In this document: in pieces, positions 41,154-51,412 of the stretch
How the letters are laid out: each line of letters starts with the position of its first letter
Position numbering within the stretch: the first letter of the stretch is position 1
Source: Snowella sp.
Lineage (GTDB): Bacteria > Cyanobacteriota > Cyanobacteriia > Cyanobacteriales > Microcystaceae
Length of the DNA: 64,000 bases
Assembly: GCA_035285545.1 (NCBI GenBank)
Contig: JAYKGY010000104.1
Coordinates: forward strand, 128,001-192,000
Reading direction: 5' to 3'
The notes under the pieces: generated by a model
What the model was told of the DNA's origin: nothing
What the model saw: the letters and a program-made list of their open reading frames with translations, nothing else
Database searches by the model: none
Program-made: the position numbers and the translations under genes

Positions 41154-41188
41154 ATGGTATTTTTTGCGTCAAATATAAATGGATTAAC

Positions 41189-41545
41189 ATGAACTCATTA
41201 AACTTAGAGGATGCACAACGGAATAAAAATCAAAGCAATCAACTTACAGCATCAATCAATTCTCAATATCTTTTAATAGATCAATATTTACAGCAATTTG
41301 ACGAAAATAAATTACCCTTTGATCGTTTGATTAGTGTTCTTGATGCCCTTCTTGAAACCTTACAAGTTTCTGACGACGAATGGAAAGAAAAGTTTAGAAG
41401 TGAATGGTGGACGCTTGAACAAGTTTATGCGGTAGCCTGCGATCGCGGAGAAACAACCTTGAATATAGAAAGTCAAAATCTAGTTTGTGAAACGCTAGAT
41501 AATATGAAAAAACTTTTGAAAGAATTATCAAAAAACTGGGTCTAA
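41189..41545 (+). CDS. Hypothetical acidic helical protein
   Basis: 118-aa ORF in AT-rich DNA; no recognised motif. Confidence 0.55.
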   Translation: MNSLNLEDAQRNKNQSNQLTASINSQYLLIDQYLQQFDENKLPFDRLISVLDALLETLQVSDDEWKEKFRSEWWTLEQVYAVACDRGETTLNIESQNLVCETLDNMKKLLKELSKNWV

Positions 41546-41568
41546 AGCCCTATTCTTCAAAACGACTT
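41536..41568 (+). mobile_element. Possible degenerate IS200/IS605-family end sequence
   Basis: CTGGGTCTAAAGCCCTATTCTTCAAAACGACTT resembles the cyanobacterial GGGTCTAAAGCCCCGTCCTTCTAGGACGGCTTT end motif (recalled, not searched). Confidence 0.45.
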
Positions 41569-41598
41569 GATTCTTCATAAACAGGAGAAAACAGAAAA

Positions 41599-41811
41599 AT
41601 GCAAATTAACTATCGATTAAACGCTAACGAACTAGATAATAACTTTTTAGAAAGTTTAAAAGTTGCTTTTCAAAATAAAGAAATTGAAATTATTGTTTAT
41701 GAAAGTGATGAAACCAACTCTCTCTTACAAAATCCCGTTAATCGAGAAAAGCTATTAACTGCGGTGGAAAATATCAAAAATCGTAACAATCTTGTCAATT
41801 ATTCTGACTAA
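41599..41811 (+). CDS. Putative orphan antitoxin (YefM-like C-terminal motif)
   Basis: DETNSLLQNPVNREKLLTAVENI resembles ETxYLLxSPxNxxxL; GGAG RBS; no toxin downstream. Confidence 0.6.
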   Translation: MQINYRLNANELDNNFLESLKVAFQNKEIEIIVYESDETNSLLQNPVNREKLLTAVENIKNRNNLVNYSD

Positions 41812-43778
41812 TCAGCTTCCAAACAAGCGATCGCGGCTTTGATGAGTTGGAAATAATGGGGTTGGGTAACATCAATCTGTTTTTTAGTATTTTCAGAAGT
41901 TGCTAACCAGCCAAAACGTTGACCCTTTTCGATCATTAAAATATTGCCCTGATCATTGGTAATGCGTAACTCAGTTTTTGTGTAGCCGAAACAGCAGGAA
42001 TAAAAACGCCCTTGATGCTTAAATTTAGATTCTTGAGTTAAACTTTGAGCCTTTTCAGGTAATCTCACCCCCACAACTTCTAATTGCAAACTCGTATTAC
42101 CATTGAAATGATTTTCCTGAAGTTTGTAAGCAATATCAATCGGTGAGGGCAACGGGCAATATTCCCCCCAACGCCACGCGATCGCCTTAATCGGTTCACT
42201 ATCATCAGATTGAGATAGGGTTAACTTGAGGTGATTTTTGCCAATCTTTTGCTGCTCAATAATACGAACATTTGGTGTCCAGAAAATTGGAAAAGGGTTC
42301 CCAATACCCCAGGGTTGCAAGCCATCAATTTGTTGATAAAGATTTAAATTTAACTGTTTAAATTCCGCTTGAGCATCAATATTAATCAACGGTTTTAACT
42401 GTTCAGGTTCTAAGCACTGATGGGCAAACTCCCGTAACCGTTGCTTAAATGCGTCTAAATTCTCGCTCGGTAAACTAAAGCCTCCGGCGGCGCGATGTCC
42501 CCCAAACTTTCCTAATAAATCTTGACAAAATTCTAATGCTTCAAAAATATGGAATTCTTCAATGCCTCTGGCTGAGCCTCTAATTTTATCTTCCTCTTCT
42601 TCAAACGTACCAATAAACACAGGCACACCATACCGTTCTAGCAACCGCGAAGCCACAATACCAATGACACCATGATGCCAATGCGGTTGCACAATCACTA
42701 AAACTCGGTCTTCTTGCCAGGGAAGAGGAGTTGTTTCAATGTAGGCGATCGCTTCGGTTTCGATCTGTTCACAAAGTTCTTGGCGTTGACGGTTAATTTG
42801 CTCGCATTGCATAGCCCGTTCTAGGGCAATTCCCTCATCTTCGGTGGTCAGTAACTCAATCACTAATTGGGGATCACCGATGCGTCCAATGGCGTTAATT
42901 CTAGGGCCTAAACGAAAACCAATATCATCGGGTTTAAGTTGCTTTTGTTCCTCGCTCACCCCTGCCATTTGCATCAAGGCTTGAATCCCCAGGAGTTTGG
43001 ATTGGGGTAATTTGCGTAGACCCCGTTTTAACCAGCGTCGATTCACTCCTGTTAAGGCGGCTAAATCAGCGATCGTTCCAAGGGTATAAAGTTCTAACAA
43101 TTGTTCTGTTAGTCCCTTGATTTTGCCTAAGGCTTGGGCGGCTGTAATGGCGAGAATATAGGCCACACCCACACCAGCTAATCCTGCATAGGGAGAAGTA
43201 GCGGGTAATAACTTGGGATTTAAAATTGCCTGAGCGGGCGGTAATTTTTCGGGTAAATCGTGGTGATCGGTAATGATAACCTTTAATCCAAGTTCGACAG
43301 CTAACGCGATCGCGTCGTAGGCGGAAATCCCATTATCAACGGTGAGAATTAGCTTTACATTGGTATCAGCAAACTCCTGGACAATGCGCTGATTAATGCC
43401 GTAACCATCCTTCATACGGCTAGGAATGGCATAATCCACCTTTGCCCCCAAGTGTCGTAAAGCTCGCAATAATAAAGCCGTACTGGTCATGCCGTCCGCA
43501 TCGTAATCCCCACAAATGGCAATCTTTTCTTCGTTCGCGATCGCGTCTTTGAGTAAGTCCACACTTTTCCCTAAATCGGGAAATTCAGCTAACGGAGTCG
43601 GTAAGGTTTGACTTTCGGGATCAAGATAGACCTGAGCTAGTTCTGCGTTATCAATCCCCCGATGCCACAACACCTGAGCTAACAAGGGAGAAAGCCTCGT
43701 TTGTTCGATTAACGCTTGAACCTGGGCAGAATCCGCTTCTTTAATTTTCCACCGTTGTCGGGGTAACTTGGGGGGCAT
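41808..43778 (-). CDS. recJ: ssDNA-specific exonuclease RecJ
   Basis: GDYDADG, TVDNG, TDHH, GPRINAIGR and GGH motifs. Confidence 0.96.
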   Translation of the reverse strand: MPPKLPRQRWKIKEADSAQVQALIEQTRLSPLLAQVLWHRGIDNAELAQVYLDPESQTLPTPLAEFPDLGKSVDLLKDAIANEEKIAICGDYDADGMTSTALLLRALRHLGAKVDYAIPSRMKDGYGINQRIVQEFADTNVKLILTVDNGISAYDAIALAVELGLKVIITDHHDLPEKLPPAQAILNPKLLPATSPYAGLAGVGVAYILAITAAQALGKIKGLTEQLLELYTLGTIADLAALTGVNRRWLKRGLRKLPQSKLLGIQALMQMAGVSEEQKQLKPDDIGFRLGPRINAIGRIGDPQLVIELLTTEDEGIALERAMQCEQINRQRQELCEQIETEAIAYIETTPLPWQEDRVLVIVQPHWHHGVIGIVASRLLERYGVPVFIGTFEEEEDKIRGSARGIEEFHIFEALEFCQDLLGKFGGHRAAGGFSLPSENLDAFKQRLREFAHQCLEPEQLKPLINIDAQAEFKQLNLNLYQQIDGLQPWGIGNPFPIFWTPNVRIIEQQKIGKNHLKLTLSQSDDSEPIKAIAWRWGEYCPLPSPIDIAYKLQENHFNGNTSLQLEVVGVRLPEKAQSLTQESKFKHQGRFYSCCFGYTKTELRITNDQGNILMIEKGQRFGWLATSENTKKQIDVTQPHYFQLIKAAIACLEAD

Positions 43779-43822
43779 ATATCTTAGACAGCTTTGACTC
43801 AGTAAGTGTTAGATACTCTAAC

Positions 43823-43870
43823 ATCCCCCCGCCTATCGGCACCCCCCTTACTAAGGGGGGCAGGGGGGAT
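43823..43870. repeat. REP-like palindromic dispersed repeat, copy 3 (best conserved)
   Basis: ATCCCCCCGCCTATCGGCACCCCCCTTACTAAGGGGGGCAGGGGGGAT, a nested hairpin. Confidence 0.88.
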
Positions 43871-43899
43871 TAATGGTTAAACTTGATTATAAACAGTCT

Positions 43900-45330
43900 T
43901 TAAGCAATAGAATTTTCCATTTTTTTTGAATTCGGTAAAGCCGCGATCGCTTTTTTTGCAAAATCTTGTAACAGGCTTAACCGTTGGGTTTGGGCAAAAA
44001 CTTGCTGTAGGGTTTGTCCCAGTTTCTCTAAATTTAGCCCTTCGCCTGTTTGTTGGCTAATTTCCTGAGCTTGGAAGTATTCCACCAAACTTAAACCCGC
44101 TACCCGTGTTAAATAGGCCGCGCTGACTCCCTGGATAGCTCCTCCTGCAACGTAGGTTACAGCATTGGTTTTCAATAAGCTGCCTAAACTTTGGGTGCTT
44201 AATTCCACTAAACCAAGTTTGACAATTAATTGCCCGACTTCAGCCGCAACGCTTTGAGCCTGTTCTAAAGAAAACTTTTGTTGATAAATGCCGCTTAAAT
44301 CCAAGACCATTTGACCATTAATCGCTGCGGTTGCTAACAGGTCTAAACTCGCGACAGGATTAATTAACGCCGTTCCCCCTGCAATCCATTGATATTGTTC
44401 AATCACAGGTAAAGCGCGATCGCGTCGAATTTGGTTTAATTGTTCTTTAGCGGTTTGTTTAATTTGTTGAGCTTCCCGCCAAGTTGTTCCTAAGATTAAA
44501 TCAGCTTTTTCTTGGTTAATAACACTGGTTAAATGCTGAGTTAAGGGAGCTAAATCAACTTTGGTTTCTTCAAAAAATTCCTCAATGGTTCCGTCTTCTA
44601 AATGCCGCCGTACTTTCAACGGTTTAGGAGCAACAGACAAGCCAAAAATTTCGGATTCAGGCAGAATAGGGGAAATTTGGTGTTGAATTTTTTGCAGGAT
44701 TTCAACCCGTTCTTCCGGTCGATATTGATCCTGTTTATTAAAGAGTAATAATAAGCGGTGATGATTGCGATATAAGTTTTGTAGAGTTTGCCATTCGGAA
44801 TCTGTGAGATCCCCTGAAATGAGAAATAATGTCAAATCAAACTTAGCTAAATTTTGTAGCGATCTTTCATGATTATCGACAATTAATAATGGTTCACTTT
44901 CCTGCCAATTAACATTATGGGTCGTAACTTTTGCAGCTAATAAATTTTTTAAGGCACTTTTCCCCGTTCCTTTTGTACCCGTAATACCAATGTTTAAAAT
45001 TTGGCGATCAAAGTGGCTAGGTAATTCGGTTAACTGCTGACGAAAATGAGTAACATCCTGTTCTGGGGCTTCGGTTGCTAGGGTATCGATAATGGTTTGG
45101 GCTTGCGCGATCGCGGTATCAACGGTTTGACGAGTCAGCGGCGTTAAAACTGCCAAAGAACTTTTAGTAGAACGTTTCAGCTTCCAAAACAATAAACCAA
45201 AAGCCGTCATGCCCCACAAGCCCCATTGACCCATTTCGAGCAAATGGGTATGCACACTTTCCCATCCCAACAACAACAGGCAAAGCCCTAGTCCGCCGAC
45301 TAAAACAGGTTTCTGTACTTGAACCGCCAT
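43900..45330 (-). CDS. YcjF/DUF697 family protein with GTPase-like domain
   Basis: GTKGTGKS, NKQD and QGVSAAYLTRVAG motifs. Confidence 0.8.
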   Translation of the reverse strand: MAVQVQKPVLVGGLGLCLLLLGWESVHTHLLEMGQWGLWGMTAFGLLFWKLKRSTKSSLAVLTPLTRQTVDTAIAQAQTIIDTLATEAPEQDVTHFRQQLTELPSHFDRQILNIGITGTKGTGKSALKNLLAAKVTTHNVNWQESEPLLIVDNHERSLQNLAKFDLTLFLISGDLTDSEWQTLQNLYRNHHRLLLLFNKQDQYRPEERVEILQKIQHQISPILPESEIFGLSVAPKPLKVRRHLEDGTIEEFFEETKVDLAPLTQHLTSVINQEKADLILGTTWREAQQIKQTAKEQLNQIRRDRALPVIEQYQWIAGGTALINPVASLDLLATAAINGQMVLDLSGIYQQKFSLEQAQSVAAEVGQLIVKLGLVELSTQSLGSLLKTNAVTYVAGGAIQGVSAAYLTRVAGLSLVEYFQAQEISQQTGEGLNLEKLGQTLQQVFAQTQRLSLLQDFAKKAIAALPNSKKMENSIA

Positions 45331-45653
45331 TTCCTTTCTCCCCAGCGATGCTTAGCTCTTTTGATTGATTAACAGTTATCCTACCGAGTTCCAGTATTAA
45401 TCCATCTTGGCGTTAATTTTTCTTTATCTATCCTACTCTAAGGCGGACGGGTACGGGGATTCATTTGATTATCCATACGTCACGCCTATGCCAGTGAGTT
45501 TGCGTCGAGATTTCAAAAATGGCATCCCAACAATCATGCTCTCTCCAATCGGCAATGCCTAATGACTGATACTCATATCTTAGGGTTTTGGGCGTATAAT
45601 AGCAGAATAAGTCTCTAATATCCTCAAAATTTTGCTTTAATATCAAATTTTCA

Positions 45654-48600
45654 ATGTTCAATCATTATTATTTCCAATTCATTGATAATTTTTCTCAAAA
45701 AAGTATTCTTCATCAAGGCGAATATCATCCAGGGTTAGTCATCCTGTCGATCGCGATCGCCATTTTTACGTCCTATACGGCATTTTTAATGGGACAGTTT
45801 GCTGAACCCGTTACCAGTAAGCAAATTCGCTATGCTCTGTTATCCCTGAGTGGCTTAGCAATGGGTGTGGGTATCTGGGCGATGCACTTTATTGGGATGC
45901 TAGGCTTCCACCTGCCCTGTGAGATTAGTTATAACCCTTGGCTAACGGCTTTCTCCATCATTCCAGGGATTGGTGCCAGTATTTTTGCCATGCATTTTGT
46001 TTCCCGTCCTCAACCGAGCTTAAAAGTATTACTGATAGGCGGAACGGTGTTTGGGCTGGGTATCGGTACAATGCATTATTCTGGCATGGCAGCCATGCAC
46101 CTGGATGGATCGATTCACTATGATCCCTTTTTATTTACCCTATCGATTCTGGTTGCGGCTTTTTTGGCTTTTATTGCCCTCTGGTTCCGCTTCTATATTG
46201 GTCATTTTTTTTCGGCGGCGGGTCGTTATGACTTATTGAGTTCCGCCGTTGTTATGGGACTCGCTGTATCGGGGATGCACTATACGGGAATGACTGCTGC
46301 TGACTTTTTTTGTGATCCTGATAGCGCGACTCCTGCTTCTGGTGTGGAGTTACATCTGGTGGCGATCGCGGTCACCCTAGCGACGACCTTACTGACAGGG
46401 ATTGTGATGCTGGTGGTATTACGCGAGACGACCCTACAACGCGATCAACGCAAAATTCTAGCGGAAACCGAAGCTTGGTATCGGGGAATGATCGAATATG
46501 CACCAGATGGCATGTTAGTTATTGACTCCAATAGCTTGATCATTTTAACCAACCCTTCGTTGGAAGCCATGTTTGGTTATCAACCGAATGAACTAATCGG
46601 GCAACATATTGAAATTCTGGGTCTTGACGGGGTATGTTCCCGCCATTTTAACTGTGTGGACTGCGATCAAGAAGTGGGGCAAGCTTGTTTAATCAGCGAT
46701 CGCAATTTAGAATCTCTGGGTTTACGTCAGGATGGTTCCCAGTTTCCCATTGAAATCGGCCTAGCCCGTTTACCCGCCTTAGGCCAACATAGTATTAGTC
46801 TTTTTGCATCGGTACGAGATATCACGGCTCGTCGGCAGGCAGAGTTAGAAATTAGCCGTCAGCGTGAACAATTACAATCAATTTTGGATCAAGCCCCTGT
46901 GGGAGTAGCGATAACCGTCGATGGTGTTACCCGTTTTGCTAATCCCCGCATCGTTGATCTAGTCGGTCTCAAGGTCGGTGACTCCCCCCAAAAGATTTAT
47001 GTTAATCTTTCGGATCGTCAACAAATTCTAGACGAACTTTCTCAGCATGGAATCTTTGAAGGGGGTCACTATCAAATGTATGGCCCAGACGGAGAAATTC
47101 GCGACATTCTGGCGACTTTTATCACCACCGAATATGAAGGTCAAAAGGGAGTCCTCGGTTGGTTAACGGATATCACCCAGATCAAAGCGGCTGAAGATGA
47201 GATGCGGCGTGCCAAAGAATTAGCCGAAGAAGCTACTCAAGTCAAAGCGGACTTTTTGGCAAATATGAGTCACGAAATTCGTACCCCCATGAATGCCATT
47301 ATTGGGATGACCCATCTTGCTCTCAAAACCGACTTAACACCGCGTCAGCACGAATATTTAAGGAAAATCCAGCTATCTAGCCAACATTTATTGGGCGTTA
47401 TCAATGATATTCTCGATTTCTCCAAGATTGAAGCGGGCAAATTAAACATTGAAAGTATTGATTTTGAGTTAGAAAAAATTCTCGAAAGTGTGGCAACCCT
47501 CATTACCGAGAAGGCAACGGCCAAAGGCTTAGAACTGATTTTTGATGTTGACCGCGATTTACCCCGCAATTTCAAAGGAGATCCGCTGAGATTGGGGCAA
47601 ATTTTAATTAATTATGCTAACAACGCGGTTAAATTTACTGAAAAAGGTGAAATAACGATTATTGTAAAAATCCAAGAAACTCGCGAAAACGAGATGATGC
47701 TCTATTTTGCGGTCAAAGATACGGGTATTGGTTTAACCCAAGAGCAAATCAAAAATTTATTCAACAGTTTCCAACAGGCCGATACCTCTACCACTCGAAA
47801 ATTTGGTGGTACGGGTCTGGGACTCGCCATTTGCAAACGAATTGCGGATCTGATGGGGGGCGAAGTGGGCGTTGAAAGTGAGTATGGTCAAGGTAGCACT
47901 TTCTGGTTTACGGTCTGCCTACAATTGAGTACCACTAATCCTCGCCGATTGGTATTGAGTAGCGATCTTCAGGGAAAACGGGTTTTAGTGGTAGATGATA
48001 ACGAAGCTGCACGGTTAATTTTAAAAGCTTTGCTCAGGCAGATGAAATTTAAGGTCGATCTCGCCAGTTCAGGGGAAGAAGCATTAGAAGCCGTTACCGA
48101 AGCCGATAATATGACCAATCCCTATGAAATCGTTTTTCTGGATTGGCAAATGCCGAATATGGATGGACTAGAAGTGGCGCGAAGAATGCAAGCTCTACCC
48201 TTGAAACATCGACCCTATCATTTGATGGTTACGGCCTACGGACGAGAAGAGGTTTTCAAGAATGCTGAATCCTTGGGAATTGCCGATATCCTCATCAAAC
48301 CTGTCAATGCGTCCATGTTGTTCGATAGTGTGGCGGGATTATTGGGGGATGTACGACAAGAGCCTTCTAATATTTTCAGTCCGTCGCATCATGAATCTCT
48401 GCGCGATCGCTTAAAAACCATTGAAGGCGCGAAGATTCTGTTGGTAGAAGACAATGAAGTTAATCAGGAAGTAGCCACAGAGTTATTAGAAGATGTGGGC
48501 TTTGGGGTTGATCTAGCAGAAAATGGACGGATTGCGGTAGAAAAAGTGAAAAATAACCCCTATGATTTGGTGCTGATGGATGTTCAGATGCCAGAAATGG

Positions 48601-49451
48601 ACGGACTTGAGGCAACCGTTGCAATTCGTAAAGACTCGCGTTATCAAAATCTATCGATTGTGGCGATGACTGCCAGTGTTCTCCAAGGCGATCGCGATAA
48701 ATGTATCGAGGCGGGAATGAATGATTACGTCGCCAAACCCATTGAGCCAGATGAATTGTGGAAAGCTTTGTTGAAATGGATTAAACCCAATCCAACAGAA
48801 GGCGACAGTCCGACAGCCCTTGTAAACGTAACGCCAAAAATAAACGAAGAGATTGAGATTCCCTCAGATATTGCAGGACTCAATACATCAGAAGGGTTAC
48901 GTCGCGTTCTGGGCAAAAAATTCCTATACCTCTCCATGTTGCGTAAGTTTGCAGCAGGACAAAAAAACTTTGCCGCGCAACTCAAGCAAGCTCTAGAAAC
49001 TAAAGATAAAATCCTAGCAGAACGACTTGCCCATACCCTCAAAGGTGTAGCAGGGAATATTGGGGCAGAATCCATTCAGCAAGGAGCAGCAGAGCTAGAA
49101 ACGGCCATTAAAGCAGATCAGTCTCGTTCCGAAATTGATTCATTGTTAACTAACCTTGAGAACCCCCTAGAAAGCTTAATTCAGCAATTAGAAGCCAAGT
49201 TACCCCCTGAAGTGGAGGCGAGTAAGATTGTTATTGATTTTGAAAAACTGGAGTCAATTTGTACGAAACTGGCTACCCTGTTAAGTGAAGATGACGCAGA
49301 AGCGGCGGATCTGTTGCAGGATAATAGCGATTTGCTCAAAAGTGCTTTCCCCAATCATTACACCGCGATCGCGGCAGGGATCAATTCATTCGACTTCGAG
49401 GCAGCTTATACTGCTTTAATAGCGGCTAAAGAAACACTTCAAAATTCATAA
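45654..49451 (+). CDS. Hybrid sensor kinase: MHYT - PAS - PAS - HisKA/HATPase - REC - REC - Hpt
   Basis: MHFIGM, MHYSGM and [25 protein letters not shown]; two REC domains; AHTLKGVAG. Confidence 0.93.
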   Translation: MFNHYYFQFIDNFSQKSILHQGEYHPGLVILSIAIAIFTSYTAFLMGQFAEPVTSKQIRYALLSLSGLAMGVGIWAMHFIGMLGFHLPCEISYNPWLTAFSIIPGIGASIFAMHFVSRPQPSLKVLLIGGTVFGLGIGTMHYSGMAAMHLDGSIHYDPFLFTLSILVAAFLAFIALWFRFYIGHFFSAAGRYDLLSSAVVMGLAVSGMHYTGMTAADFFCDPDSATPASGVELHLVAIAVTLATTLLTGIVMLVVLRETTLQRDQRKILAETEAWYRGMIEYAPDGMLVIDSNSLIILTNPSLEAMFGYQPNELIGQHIEILGLDGVCSRHFNCVDCDQEVGQACLISDRNLESLGLRQDGSQFPIEIGLARLPALGQHSISLFASVRDITARRQAELEISRQREQLQSILDQAPVGVAITVDGVTRFANPRIVDLVGLKVGDSPQKIYVNLSDRQQILDELSQHGIFEGGHYQMYGPDGEIRDILATFITTEYEGQKGVLGWLTDITQIKAAEDEMRRAKELAEEATQVKADFLANMSHEIRTPMNAIIGMTHLALKTDLTPRQHEYLRKIQLSSQHLLGVINDILDFSKIEAGKLNIESIDFELEKILESVATLITEKATAKGLELIFDVDRDLPRNFKGDPLRLGQILINYANNAVKFTEKGEITIIVKIQETRENEMMLYFAVKDTGIGLTQEQIKNLFNSFQQADTSTTRKFGGTGLGLAICKRIADLMGGEVGVESEYGQGSTFWFTVCLQLSTTNPRRLVLSSDLQGKRVLVVDDNEAARLILKALLRQMKFKVDLASSGEEALEAVTEADNMTNPYEIVFLDWQMPNMDGLEVARRMQALPLKHRPYHLMVTAYGREEVFKNAESLGIADILIKPVNASMLFDSVAGLLGDVRQEPSNIFSPSHHESLRDRLKTIEGAKILLVEDNEVNQEVATELLEDVGFGVDLAENGRIAVEKVKNNPYDLVLMDVQMPEMDGLEATVAIRKDSRYQNLSIVAMTASVLQGDRDKCIEAGMNDYVAKPIEPDELWKALLKWIKPNPTEGDSPTALVNVTPKINEEIEIPSDIAGLNTSEGLRRVLGKKFLYLSMLRKFAAGQKNFAAQLKQALETKDKILAERLAHTLKGVAGNIGAESIQQGAAELETAIKADQSRSEIDSLLTNLENPLESLIQQLEAKLPPEVEASKIVIDFEKLESICTKLATLLSEDDAEAADLLQDNSDLLKSAFPNHYTAIAAGINSFDFEAAYTALIAAKETLQNS

Positions 49452-49471
49452 AATTTCAATAAAATCTCTCT

Positions 49472-50584
49472 ATGATTACCAACTTACTCCAAGAAAAAAT
49501 CAAAAGAAAAACGATTTTAGTAGTAGATGACACCCCCGATAATCTGACCTTTATTAGCGGATTACTGAAAGATGACTATCGAGTAAAAGTAGCCAACAAC
49601 GGCCAAAAAGCCATCACAATCGCTCGTTCCAGTGATCCACCCGACCTCATTCTGCTGGATATTATGATGCCTGGTATGGATGGTTATGATGTATGCCGTA
49701 TGCTCAAGGCCGATCCCCAATCTCCCGATATTCCCATTATTTTTCTGACAGCAAAGGCAGAGGTAGAAGATGAGCGTCAAGGTTTGGAATTAGGGGCGGT
49801 TGATTATATTACGAAACCCGTTAGTCCTCCTATTTTGATGGCTAGGGTGAAAACGCAATTAACCTTAAAAGAATCCTACGATAATCTACGGGAATTGCTC
49901 CAATTTCGGGAAGATATGGTCAATATGATTGTTCATGATCTGCGAAATCCGATTTCTAATATCCTGTTGGTGACAGAAATGCTACTGACCTATCCTGGGC
50001 TACCGCCTGAAAAAATCCACAAAAACCTCGATATGATCTCCAGAGGTGGGCAAACGCTCCGTTCCTTAGTAGATGATTTATTGTTAAAGGCAAAATCTGA
50101 ATCGAATAAATTAGTCCTTGAGCGTAAAAATACCGATATTTGCCAACTTTGTGAAGCCGCGATCGCCGATCTTAAAGAAATTGCTGCGCGAAAAACAGTA
50201 CAACTGATTGCCAAAACCCCTGCCCCCGTGATTCGAGATATCAATATTGATCCCATGCTCTTTCGTCGGGCTATTGATAATTTGTTATCCAATGCTATTA
50301 AATTCTCACCAACAGAGAGTACTGTAACGCTTTTTTTAGACTATATCGGTGAACAAGGGGTAAAAATTCAAGTTGCAGATTGTGGGCCAGGGGTCAGTGA
50401 AAATTTACGACAAAGTATTTTTGAAAAATATGAAGTTGGCACCTTAATGAAAGGGATTAGTCAAACAGGTTTAGGGTTAGCATTTTGCAAAATTGTGGTT
50501 GAAGCCCACCGGGGAAAAATTAGTGTGACCGATAATACACCTCAAGGCTCGATTTTCACCATCGAAATCAATGACGAGATTTAA
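49472..50584 (+). CDS. Hybrid REC - histidine kinase
   Basis: ILVVDD, DLILLDIMMP, HDLRNP and NLLSNAIKF motifs. Confidence 0.92.
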   Translation: MITNLLQEKIKRKTILVVDDTPDNLTFISGLLKDDYRVKVANNGQKAITIARSSDPPDLILLDIMMPGMDGYDVCRMLKADPQSPDIPIIFLTAKAEVEDERQGLELGAVDYITKPVSPPILMARVKTQLTLKESYDNLRELLQFREDMVNMIVHDLRNPISNILLVTEMLLTYPGLPPEKIHKNLDMISRGGQTLRSLVDDLLLKAKSESNKLVLERKNTDICQLCEAAIADLKEIAARKTVQLIAKTPAPVIRDINIDPMLFRRAIDNLLSNAIKFSPTESTVTLFLDYIGEQGVKIQVADCGPGVSENLRQSIFEKYEVGTLMKGISQTGLGLAFCKIVVEAHRGKISVTDNTPQGSIFTIEINDEI

Positions 50585-50675
50585 TCAAGTAATCAATATC
50601 GATTGTGTCTCTATCTCAACGTTAGCTGGAGTCGAGATTTTAAAACAAATATCCCTATCCAAAATCAGCAATACA

Positions 50676-51236
50676 TCAAGCCCTGACCAATTCTTTGATT
50701 TCGCGCTCCATATCAGGCGTTATTTCGGTCGATCGGGCGGGAAGCTCCACTATTCCTCGTTTTCCGTTTTGCCCAATATCATCGAGGAGGCGTTGCATCG
50801 CAGCAATTTCACGGATCTGCGACTCAATAATTTCATCGGCAAGTTGACGAACACGCGGATCACTAATGCTAGCTTTTCGGGCATTATTGATAGCAATAGA
50901 GTGATGGGGGATCATCGACTTCATAAAATTGACATCTCCGATTAGCATTTGATCCCTATTCACAGACAGCAAAATTAAGCCAAACACCGTCGCTAAACTG
51001 AGAACTGCAACTTTAATCCTGATTCCTCGATACATCGACCACATAAAGGAAAGCATGATAATCGCCATCACGCACCCCATTACCAAGGAAGAGAGCAGTC
51101 GATTGACACTAAACCTTGCATGGTCAAGGGAATAGATAAGCTGATACATCAAGAAAAACATAATGAAAGTTGAAGTCGCGATCATCGCTGCAAATCTGTA
51201 CCAACTCATTCCCGACATTGATTTCTGTTGAGCCAT
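50676..51236 (-). CDS. DUF305 domain membrane protein (Met-rich)
   Basis: Three TM helices, then [13 protein letters not shown]...IIESQIREI. Confidence 0.85.
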   Translation of the reverse strand: MAQQKSMSGMSWYRFAAMIATSTFIMFFLMYQLIYSLDHARFSVNRLLSSLVMGCVMAIIMLSFMWSMYRGIRIKVAVLSLATVFGLILLSVNRDQMLIGDVNFMKSMIPHHSIAINNARKASISDPRVRQLADEIIESQIREIAAMQRLLDDIGQNGKRGIVELPARSTEITPDMEREIKELVRA

Positions 51237-51412
51237 ACGGTTTCGACCTTGAATGCTACTATTTCACATTAGAGCCTTGACTCAACGGCTCGCATCACTC
51301 CGAGGTAACGTGAATCCCAATAATGGAGCAAGCCTATAAATTGTTTTCAACAGACTTAAAAACATGCTCATGAGTGACCTGGAAGAAAAATTCTAGCGAG
51401 AAGAATCTTTTT

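Noticed and set aside
45461..45661. 66-aa minus-strand ORF or a globin remnant upstream of the MHYT kinase
   Set aside because: No recognisable motif in the frames I translated; it overlaps the probable promoter.
50571..50945. 124-aa plus-strand ORF
   Set aside because: Antisense shadow of the DUF305 gene.
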